A stretch of 64,000 nucleotides of DNA from Octopus sinensis (taxonomy: Eukaryota): positions 32,798,001 through 32,862,000 of the forward strand of contig NC_043010.1 of assembly GCF_006345805.1 (NCBI RefSeq). Direction: 5' to 3'. The position numbers and the translations under genes were made by a program. Of the stretch, positions 54,419-64,000 are shown one piece after another. The notes under the pieces were generated by a model. That model had not been told where the DNA came from. It was given only the letters and a program-made list of their open reading frames with translations, and searched no databases. Within the stretch, counting starts at the first letter, position 1. The number at the start of each line of letters is the position of its first letter.

Positions 54419-55055
54419 CGATGGTCTCATTGAACCCGCTGGAAATAGCAGCCAAATCACCTTCAAATCACACCAATACATGTAGAACATATTAGATAAT
54501 GGAGTCCTATATAAACCAATGGAATGGTCATGGTTAGAATGCCTTTGAACATATGTGTGCTTTATCAGAGTTGATTGGGATGTTAATAGAACATCAATAA
54601 CAGAATTTTAAAAAAGCACGATATAACACCACTCTGGATTATTAAAATCTTGTGTTGCCGTTTTCTAAAACACGATGATTCCATTAGTTGTATTGCAGTT
54701 TTTCTTGACATGTGATTGATTTCATGAACCTTCATTATGCACAGTCTAAATCGAATAATGAGGAATTAATCCATATATAATAGGCGAAAGCATTTCGTTT
54801 ACAGAACCTAGTTAAGCGGGTCTTTCGGAGTTTAAATTTCTTGATGTGTACCAAGTGCAGCAAAGCAACGGAAAGGGAACCCTAAATATCTCAAGTTGTA
54901 TATCTATCAAGTCGTCTATCAACAGTTCTTTGGTTTTCAAGGAGCCTAATAAAAAACTGAATTGATGACAAAGCGAAGGTTTACATATAGAAGGTAGCTA
55001 TTAATTTTAGATCACACATTGACTTGTCTCACTAAACATAATGAGATAAATAGAG

Positions 55056-55199
55056 AATACCAAACGAGTTCCCTATGGATACCGTATTTATTACAACGAG
55101 TGGCTTGTAAACGTATCTAACGATCGAAAGCGAGTTAGATACGTTTACAAGCCACGAGTTGTAATAAATACGGTGTCCATAGGGAATGAGTTTGGTATT
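55056..55199. repeat. 144-bp hairpin with three tandem GA/GA mismatches and a GAAA loop
   Basis: Arms 55056-55121 and 55134-55199. GA pairs at 55066/55188, 55098/55156 and 55122/55132. Confidence 0.92.
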
Positions 55200-55295
55200 T
55201 TATTTATTACACACGAATAAACGACCATATTTTATTAACCCAATAACTAAATTCTTCACGTTTAGTTGTAACTTATGAATGACAAAAGTAGTGCC

Positions 55296-55399
55296 GTCAC
55301 CGTGACCTCGGGTCATCACCATGTATTGACCAATCAGAAGCAGCGCTGTCACCGTGACCTCGGGTCATTACCATGGATTGACCAATCAGAAGCAGCGCT
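55296..55399. repeat. 52-bp tandem duplication with TGACC-TCG-GGTCA mini-hairpins and CCAAT motifs
   Basis: Units at 55296-55347 and 55348-55399, two mismatches. Confidence 0.95.
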
Positions 55400-55777
55400 C
55401 GCAGTATCTGACATATGTTAGATACCAAAAATATCTCAAAGTGTTCTCTCTCACGTGTGTGTAATAAATCATTGTGTTTCATGCCTGAGTGAACTGTTTA
55501 AGAGAAGTTGGTAGTTGTATTTTAACGTAGATATTTTATTGACATGATATTAAACGGATATAATGTAAATGACAAAATATTTCAACCGCAGAAAGAAGTT
55601 GCATGTCCAAACTCTTAAACATTGCTAAAAAGATAACCATGATATATAGGTTACACATTGCGGAAAGCGAATGGAGAATTAGTCATCATAACATTATCAT
55701 GAAGAATTTAGAATATTCAGGCAAACTTTACTACCAGTTAAAATAAAAACTCCATGATATAAATATAACGAATTTGA

Positions 55778-56010
55778 AGGCGGCCAGCTGGCAGAATCGT
55801 TAGCACGCCGGGCAAATGCATAGCCGTATTTCGTCTGCCGTTACGTTGTGAGTTCAAATTCCGCCGAGGTCAACTTTGCCTTTCATCCTTTCGGGATCGA
55901 TGAATTAAGTACCAGTTACGCACTGGGATCGATGTAATCGACTTAATCCGTTTGTCTGTCCTTGTTTGTCCCCTCTGTGTTTAGCCCCTTATGGGTAGTA
56001 AAGAAATATA
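55778..56010 (+). mobile_element. SINE family B (reference copy)
   Basis: GGCGGCCAGCTGGCAGAATCG, GAGTTCAAATTCC, CTTTGCCTTTCATCCTTTCGGGATCGATGAATTAAGTACCAG. Confidence 0.9.
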
Positions 56011-56813
56011 TAACGAATTCATTTATTACCGAAGCTGATTTTCTTTTCTAATAAAAAAAAATATCACGAAAATATTGTCGAAAATACATTTAAAAGTGAA
56101 AGATATTATAACCAAGGCTTCCAAGAAGGATTTTCCCCACGAAAAGTGTATGGAGTGCATACCCTGATAAAAATGTAATGACAATAAGTATAATGATATG
56201 AACATATTCGGCGTATACAGGTGATGGCAATCAGTTTTTTTTTTTTTTGTTGGTGTTTTTTTACATCACTGTATGTGTAAGATGCAATCAATTGACAGTT
56301 TCGATTCTACTGAAAGGAGCGAGGTACAAGTTTGTTCAACCAACGGTAGATTCCCGTTCTTTCTAACAGCATAAAAACTGACTCCACGGGTTGTATTTTT
56401 GTCTATCATAAACTTAGATAACCTAAGTCTTCTGAATAAAATTGGTTGATGAAAGTGTATTGAAGTCAGTCTGTAATTCAAAAACCCAGATGAATCTGCT
56501 TCATTACATTAAGTGAACAAGCATCTACGAAATACTCGGCCATTTATATTAGAATGCAACATAGACTCTATCTGTAATTCACAGATATAGTCATGCTGCA
56601 TCTTCCTGGAGATTATGTTCAAGACACAAATGTCGGTAGGATACTGAACCACTTATAAGGTAAAGTAGTGAGTAGATAGTTCCATTGACTGAACACCTAG
56701 AATACTCATCGACGAAAGGGATGAAGTAAGGGAATAAGAAGTACAGTCATAGGTTAACCTGTGACTGGGGGTATGTTGCACAGATGTACACTAATGGTGT
56801 CCTTAATAAAATT

Positions 56814-56870
<57 letters not shown>

Positions 56871-57007
56871 ATGATGATGATGAGGAGGAGGAGGAGGAAG
56901 AGGAGGAGGAGGAGGAGGAGGAGGAGGAGGAGGAGGAGGAAGAGGAGGAGGAGGAGGAGGAGGAGGAGGAGGAGGAGGAAGAGGAGGAGGAGGAGGAGGA
57001 GGAGGAA
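56814..57007. repeat. (TGA)n / (GGA)n purine-rich triplet array
   Basis: Read directly from the sequence. Confidence 0.97.
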
Positions 57008-57084
57008 AAGCGATGTAGAATCAGGTTTTTCATTGTTACCTCCCAAATATTTTCACTGAATACTTAATGGTGTTGACTGCCCTT

Positions 57085-57390
57085 TTTTTCTTTTTGATTC
57101 GAGCCCTTGGACTCACAAGGTCGGTTACCCGGTTCCCATGGCATATAAATGACTGAGATCACAACATTTCCTTGAACGAGACGCCGGTCCGTTGCACGCT
57201 CGAGGTCAGTAATTCTTTTGAGAAAAGGGGTTAAGTTGACAATATCGACCCCTGTACTTGGCTGGTACTTTATCGATCCCAAAAGGATAAAAGGCAAAGT
57301 TGACCTTTGAGCTCAGAACATAAAGTGATGAAGAAATGCCGCTAAGGATTTTGTCCGATTTGCAAAGAATTCTGCCGGTTTGCCGCCTTA
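57085..57390 (-). mobile_element. SINE with B head, Nin-like domain and alternative tail
   Basis: Tail shared with 40385-40610. Confidence 0.75.
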
Positions 57391-58212
57391 TCAAATGTCA
57401 TACATGTCAAATATTTAAGCACTTAGAAGCAGCCAGGTCCATATGAATTTAAAGTCATGGCTGAGTTAACGTATTCCAATCTTCAAGGATCAATAAAATA
57501 AAGGATCAACCATCGATTCAATAATTCCAAGACTACATATCTCCACCGTATAAATTTGTGGCATTATTCCAAAGTAAAGAATTCATTTCCTCACCCATCC
57601 AGCAATATTTGTGAGTAGTTCCGGGTTGTATATGACTCAATTTCGGAGTATAAACACACAAGTATTCACGTAAAAAGTATGAACTTCTATTTTGTAGTAA
57701 CATTTACAGAATATTTTATAATGATATATGAATAGGAACAACAGCTTGTTTGCAGTTATAGCTGTTTAGTTAAGGGCTTCACTCCTATGCAGTACAAATA
57801 GTCTAAATGTTCACGGAATCCCTGTCCTAGCTCGAGTGGAGTGGGAGTTTGTAGGTAGTGATGCTAGTAATCGCGTTGCTGTTGTTGTTGTGTAGCACCA
57901 GTTCAGCCACCTCCAAAAAGAACCTATGATGAAATACATTCCCAGCACAATCGTCTTTTTAAGAGATATTTAGTTGCTATTCTTGGAGGGCCGGACAACC
58001 ATGAAGTGGTTCTGTGTTTGACTCGGTGTTGTCGTTGGTGGTTCTATTTCTTTGTTGTTGTGGTGGATGGATGGGGAGTGAGGAGTATTATTAAGGTTTT
58101 GTTTGTGGTGGTATGGTTTAATATAATTATGTTTTATACTATGTGTACATCTATATATATATATATATATATCCGAACTGTACAGCATTATATATCCATT
58201 ACGGTCAATCTT

Positions 58213-58394
58213 ACCAATCTGTTTCGCACTAAGGGTTCGACAGAGTGTTAAATAACAATCCAGTTATGTATCTCTACGCTCATTAGAATTAGCCGATATG
58301 GAATGAAATATCGGCTACATCTGATGAGTGTAGGGTTACATAATCGGATTGTTACCTAACTTTCCATTGAATCCCTAGCACGAAACCGAATTGT
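58213..58394. repeat. Diverged ~180-bp fold-back (MITE-like)
   Basis: Arms pair around the loop 58300-58307, with mostly transition mismatches. A similar terminus occurs at 10672-10690. Confidence 0.8.
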
Positions 58395-58412
58395 AATATA
58401 CATACAAACATG

Positions 58413-58459
<47 letters not shown>

Positions 58460-58467
<8 letters not shown>

Positions 58468-58810
58468 AACCATTTTCGTTGGACCAGAGTCCTCAGGCAC
58501 CTTTTCTATTGGGTTATATCAGAAGCAACTGTCATGAGACTTTACAACTGGTTTCCCAACGGACACTATGGTTATTATACAACCATCTCGTTTTTGGTCT
58601 ACCCATAAGTTTCCTGCCGCTTGGTTCAGCGGCAAGAATCCGTGTTGCGATTCTTAGATATTCTAATCACATTTCCGTAAATGCAGAGCTCAAACAGGAG
58701 ACTCCCTGATCTCTGAGCTATGCAGTCGCTGGAATGCCGATACTGTCGAGTTCGTTATTCCAGATATGCTTCAAAGGAATTCCACTTCGGTCTCTTGCAC
58801 TTTCAGTCAT
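58460..58810 (-). mobile_element. RTE-clade LINE 3' fragment
   Basis: RIATRILAAEPSGRKLMGRPKTRW. Confidence 0.75.
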
Positions 58811-58950
58811 TACCCAATATTCATAACCGTAAGTGAAGATAGGCGACAAAACCGAATGAAGATATTGTAAGAGAGAGAGAGATAATGTGTGTGTGTGTGG
58901 TGTGTGTGTGTGTGTGTGTCTGTGTGTATGTGTGTGTGTGTGTGTGTGTG

Positions 58951-58984
<34 letters not shown>

Positions 58985-59009
58985 ATGTGTGTGTATTTTA
59001 TCATTTATC

Positions 59010-59150
59010 TTTTAACTTTTACTTGTTTCAGTCATTAGACTGCGTATGCTAAGGCACCGCCTTGAATTTATTTTTAGTCGAATGAATCGACCCAAGTACT
59101 TTTTAAAGTCTATCGATCATTTTTGCCAAACCGCTAATTTACGGGAACGC
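59010..59150 (-). mobile_element. SINE family A, 3' fragment
   Basis: TTTTACTTGTTTCAGTCATTAGACTGCG...TTTTGCCAAACCGCTAA. Confidence 0.75.
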
Positions 59151-59569
59151 AATGCATATATGTACGTATATATATGCAAACACATACACACATGAACACA
59201 CATACACACATGAACACACACTACATACGTTTGGCAATATGTGTGTATATTGTTTGATTTTCGAAAACATCCAGATAGATCCAAGACCGTGAAAGACACA
59301 TTACAATAACATATTCCAAGATAATCAGAACAGGGGAAATGGTCTTCATAAATCTATGAATTGTGTAACCTATGCAGATGGAAGCCACCCATTCTTCCAC
59401 ATGCAAGCCAGATATTCCACTAGCAGCTTCCAAACTACAAGATGAAGGGCCCACACAGGACAAAGTGTCAAAAACTTTAAATGTCGGGAAATGGGAATGC
59501 AGCAGGTCAAACGAATTCTGATTCATTAGAGAAGTTTTGATTGTAACTTTTTTCGAAGGACAGTGTGGG

Positions 59570-59888
59570 GGGCGTGGCTTAGTGGTTAGGGCATTCGGCT
59601 TACGATCGTAAGGTTGTGAGTTCAATTCCCAGCGTCGCGTTGTGTCCTTGAGCAAGACACTTTATTTCACGTTGCTCCAGTCCACTTAGCTAGCAAAAAT
59701 GAGTAGTACTTGTATTTCAAAGGGCCAGCCTTGTCACACTCTGTGTCACGCTGAATCTCTGTGAACTACGTTAAGGGTACACGGGTCTGTGGAGTGCTCA
59801 GTCACTTACACGTTAATTTCATGAGCTAGCTGTTCCGTTGATCGTATCAGCTGGGACCCTCGTCGACGTAACCGACGGAGAGCTCCTT
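59570..59888 (+). mobile_element. tRNA-derived SINE family C
   Basis: A box GTGGCTTAGTGG, B box GAGTTCAATTCC, then GTGTCCTTGAGCAAGACACTTTA..TTGCTCCAGTCCAC (CORE/Meta-like central block). Single copy in the window. Confidence 0.8.
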
Positions 59889-60012
59889 TATATAAGTATG
59901 CACGTAAGTATGTATGTATGTATGTATGTATGTATGTATGTATGTATGTATGTATGTATGTATGTATGTATGTATGTATAAATATATGTGTGTGTATGTA
60001 TGTACGTATACA

Positions 60013-60443
60013 CTTTTACTCTTTACTCTTTTACTTGTTTCAGTCATTTGACTGCGGCCATGCTGGAGCACCGCCTTTTTTAGTCGAGCAAATAGACCCA
60101 AAGGACTTATTCTTTGTAAGCCTAGTACTTATTCTATCGGTCTCTTTTGCCGAACCGCTAAGTAACGGGGACGTAAACACACCAGCATCGGTTGTCAAGC
60201 GATGTTTGGGGGGAGGGAACACAGACACACAAACACACACACATATATACATATATATATATATATTATATATATATATATACGACGGGCTTCTTTCAGT
60301 TTCCGTCTACAAAATCCACTCACAAGGCCTTGGTCGGCCCGAGGCTACAGTAGAAGATACTTGCCCAAGGTGCCACGCAGTGGGACTGAACCCGGAACCG
60401 TGTGGTTGGTAAGCAAGCTACTTACCACACAGCCACTCCTGCG

Positions 60444-60445
<2 letters not shown>
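60013..60445 (-). mobile_element. SINE family A (young, full-length)
   Basis: Very close to 43903-44351. Confidence 0.92.
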
Positions 60446-60518
<73 letters not shown>

Positions 60519-61682
60519 GATACACACACATTTATATATACATACATGCATACATACACAGAGCAAAAAAAAAGTCAGATAGGAAAAAATTGATGATTAT
60601 GTAGAAATGTAATGTTTGTGTATGTCACGAGGGAGAGGGGGAGATACATACATACATACTGCATACATTCAGTGGAGTGACAGATAATTATTAATAATAA
60701 AAAGATACCTTCTTAAATTAACATTTCCGATTGAAATATAAATTACTGGGTTTAGGCCGGTAATTATTCAATGTATCTGCCATATTTGTATCATAACTAA
60801 CGCGCTCTTTCAGACAATAAAAATAAGAAGAAAAAAAAACCCAATGAACTTTAGGTCAGAAATTCGATAAACTATTCCACACGGATGACCAGGAAATATA
60901 ATATGATGTCTTTGATCAATAAATTGAAAAAATATTTTGCTTCAATGATGCGTGATGTTGAACGAGTTGATATAAAAGTGTATTTCAATTGTATTTTATT
61001 TTGTATGTATGTGTGTGTACGTTTGATGGTTTATTAAGCGTGAGTTTTTGTATATTAGTGTGTATGGATGTTTTAGTGAGTTTTATATATTATCACATAT
61101 ACCTCAGTATATGTGATAATATATGTGCTTGTAAAGTATATGTAACGAATGCGTGTAGTGTGTTTAAGAGAGAGTGTAACTATGGTATAAACGTATATGT
61201 ATGTGTGATGCATAACAATGAGAATATGGTAGAGTTTATTGTGAGTTAGTGTATGGCTGTTTCTGTGTGCTTAACTAAATATTGTACATACATATCTTTT
61301 AGGCTTCATATTTTATTTGTGTTAGTCATTCCACTGTAGCTATGCCCCAGTACTTATTTTTTCAGTCGGGTGTATAGAAATAATTATATCCAAACACTTT
61401 CCTCACCACACACACAAACACATACATATAGTGAAATTCCCGGTAATGATAGGATACTGAATACGTTGAAATTTGAAGGTGAGGTTAATAAAAATAAATG
61501 CATCCATCAATCTTATTTAAGCAAGCTACGTAATAGCAATGATACAAATAAGATTAGCGAAAAACGAAGCATTGAAGATAAACCTATTAATATTAACAAG
61601 CATAGATTCAACTCCATAGATACTAAATGTATGGTTGATATAAACAACACCGACGACAATGACAATAATAATAATAATAATA

Positions 61683-61896
61683 ATCCTTTCTATTAAAGGC
61701 ACACGTTCTAAAATGTGTGAGGATAGGACTAGTCGTTTAATCGACCTCAGTGTTTTACTAGCACTTAGATTATCAACCCCGAAAAGATGAGAGACGAAAA
61801 CGAACTCGGCGGAATTTGAACTCAGAACGTAGCAACGGGCGAAACACCGCTAATCATTTCGTCTAGCGTGCTAACGATTCGGCCAGCTCGTTGCCT

Positions 61897-61897
<1 letters not shown>
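61683..61897 (-). mobile_element. SINE family B
   Basis: Same layout as 1515-1725. Confidence 0.85.
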
Positions 61898-61942
<45 letters not shown>

Positions 61943-62126
61943 GGATTTTTTACCTTTTGACCTACAGATTTAAAAAATAATTTTTTGTAACTAAACACTT
62001 TCAAACTTCGGACACTAGTAGAATGTGTCATATAAAACATCTTTTACTCTTAGCATTTTTGAGAAAATCTTATATTTACGAAGTTATTTCACATTTAAGT
62101 TCTCGTATTTCGGTAATTTCAACCAA

Positions 62127-63090
62127 TCAATAACGTGTATATTTTGGTCGCGAATTGTTTTGTTCAGGAAGTGGGTTATTCTCTGGCTGTTCGTATTGCT
62201 TGGGCTCAAGTATTGCTGGTGGTGGTGGTGGTGGTATTTCGGCTGGTGGTTGTACTCCGTACGGTTTTGTTGGTGTTGGTATTGGTGGCGACTTGATGAT
62301 GGCTGCAGGCAGCGTCGTTGTTGGTGGTAATGGGGCTGGTTTCTGCTGCTGCACTGGAGGTGCCCCCGCTTCTGCTGTCGCTTGCAGCTTCCCTCGCATC
62401 TCTTTGTGTTTGGGGCAGTTGACCTTGAGGTACTGGTCGCTCCCACAAAAGTAGCACCTCGGTCATCTGACCTCCACGGCCACGTGCAGTCTCGTGCCGT
62501 CTGGTAAATTTATGGCGTCAGGGATAGAATTTAGGGCCTCTTGTTCAATTTGAACAAGAAGCACCAATCACCTGACCCGTCCAATTTTGTTGGTGCAATT
62601 TATGCACCTCCAGTATATTGGCGGTGTCTTCTATATCATAGAGGACAGCCGCCACCAGCTAGCATATATTTCAGGGGTACCGCCGCAATTTTAATTTTTG
62701 TAATGCGCCGACCAAGATATGTCGGCACGAATATCAGGTCCTCCGATATTAGTGGCGTTGTCGAATGCTTTCTTGCTTCTTCCTCCGTTTCGAAGCGCAC
62801 TTCCACAGTGCCGAATCGTTTTCCCTGTATTACATAAGTTTTGTTTTGCCATATCGCTTTCAGTATCAATTCTAGCTGTTGTTGTGTTGCTCTTTCCAAA
62901 TCCATTTTTTTTTGTTTATACATTTGTATGCAATTGTTTTACGGTTTGTGTCCATTATAATTTCTTTTGGGGTATTTAGTGAGACATTGTTGCCTTGTCT
63001 CACTAACAGCTCTTTTGAATTTTTAAAATCCTCTAATGTGAGGTTTAATTTTTCTGGCGTTTGTTTCGCCGCGAAATCGAAATCGTGTGT
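62127..63090 (-). mobile_element. Decayed ORF1 (gag-like) of a non-LTR retrotransposon
   Basis: Frameshifted reading ...GKRFGTVEVRF...IFVPTYLGRRITKIKIAAVP...IPDAINLPDGTRLHV..RCYFCGSDQYLKVNCP (CCHC-like, H to Y), then a Pro-rich tail. No ORF2 follows. Confidence 0.75.
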
Positions 63091-63096
63091 GCTTGA

Positions 63097-63132
<36 letters not shown>

Positions 63133-63137
63133 AAATT

Positions 63138-63655
63138 CCCTGATGCAGTACCAGACAGCGGCTCACATGGCTTCTGATTTTAACTGATTGGAAGTGTTAT
63201 CATGTAACATTGTTAGCAAATATCCTGCTCAATACCAAAGATTTTCTTGTCAGTTGTTTGACCTTAACCAGTTGACCATATCTTTTAGTGGCTGACGATA
63301 TGTGAATCTCTTACCACGAGCAGAAATAGTGGGGGAGCATCATAGCCGTGTGTTGAAAGGAATTCTTGGAGGTTTGGATAATTCACCTATGAAAATATGG
63401 GTGGTTCGTTCAACAATCCTTATTCAGGGACCTTTTGAGCGGGATGGGCTACTCGACCAGAAGAAAATTTTAACTGGACCCTACCTGCAAGGTCATGCGC
63501 TGCTTATTTTTATATGAGATCACCATGTTGCGCACTTTTGGTTGTGATGCATGTGCCTGGTGTACCCTTATCAGACGGGTAGTCATGATGGGTATACTGG
63601 GCTTCGTATATTTTACCCTAGTGTCAGTTTGATGGCATGCACTGCTCTCTCACTC

Positions 63656-63656
<1 letters not shown>
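63138..63656 (+). mobile_element. ~520-bp non-coding interspersed element, copy 2
   Basis: Colinear with 891-1450 apart from small indels. Left flank (GAT)n, right flank (TAA)n. Confidence 0.8.
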
Positions 63657-63701
<45 letters not shown>

Positions 63702-63730
63702 TAATAATAATAATAATAACAATAATAATA

Positions 63731-63927
63731 GTTGCATTAGCAACTATCCTTAAAGATGTGAACAGATGGGTAGAGGAAATAGGCATAAAACCCAGTTTAA
63801 TACAACTTCAGAAAAGAGTGTTATTAGGGACAGCTGGGATACTTAGGAGGGTTCTTGGCATCTAAGGTTAATTGTTGTAAGTCAATGTTAGGAATTTTTC
63901 TTTTCCAACAGTCTAATCTGTTGTTTG

Positions 63928-63930
<3 letters not shown>
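63731..63930 (+). mobile_element. R4/Dong-like 3' end (lineage 2), strongly 5'-truncated, (TAA)n on both sides
   Basis: RWVEEIGIKPSLIQLQKRVLLGTAGILRRVLGI*. The 3' UTR matches 32350-32462. Confidence 0.88.
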
Positions 63931-63997
<67 letters not shown>

Positions 63998-64000
63998 GTA

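Noticed and set aside
59570-59640. tRNA gene
   Set aside because: A/B boxes are present but there is no closed acceptor stem, and it continues into a SINE body. The same applies to the other SINE heads.
59221-59655. 144-aa minus-strand ORF, and HTGQSVKNFKC on the plus strand as a possible zinc-finger linker
   Set aside because: The ORF starts inside a SINE, and the C2H2 Cys/His spacing is absent.

Overview
AT-rich, extremely microsatellite- and transposon-dense eukaryotic DNA, almost certainly intergenic or deep-intronic. The SINE families and the (TATG)n/(TA)n/(TAA)n load suggest an octopus (coleoid cephalopod) genome; this is inference, not a database match. I could not support any intact host protein-coding gene, and nearly all of the ORF track is microsatellite translation or decayed transposon. 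Recognisable content: three tRNA-derived SINE families (about 25 copies or fragments); several R4/Dong-like RLE retrotransposon remnants in (TAA)n; RTE-clade LINE remnants; a zinc-knuckle LINE ORF1 fragment; decayed Tc1, mariner and maT-like transposons and MITEs; and a Helitron 3' end. The main hidden signal is a set of short, mutually unrelated non-coding elements, usually next to (TA)n tracts and often in fold-back or partial-tandem arrangements, that carry minimal type-I hammerhead ribozyme folds with palindromic stem III. Three have an intact CUGANGA/GAAA core (15903, 29394, 54146), one is a weaker minus-strand candidate (33186), and several have core variants (A6U in two copies, U4C, C3U/G8A, G5A). 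This resembles Penelope-like (PLE) pLTR or retrozyme-type elements. Other unexplained structures: a 144-bp hairpin with three tandem G.A/A.G mismatches (55056-55199), and a ~550-bp non-coding element with no Pol III boxes present twice in (TAA)n-type tracts.
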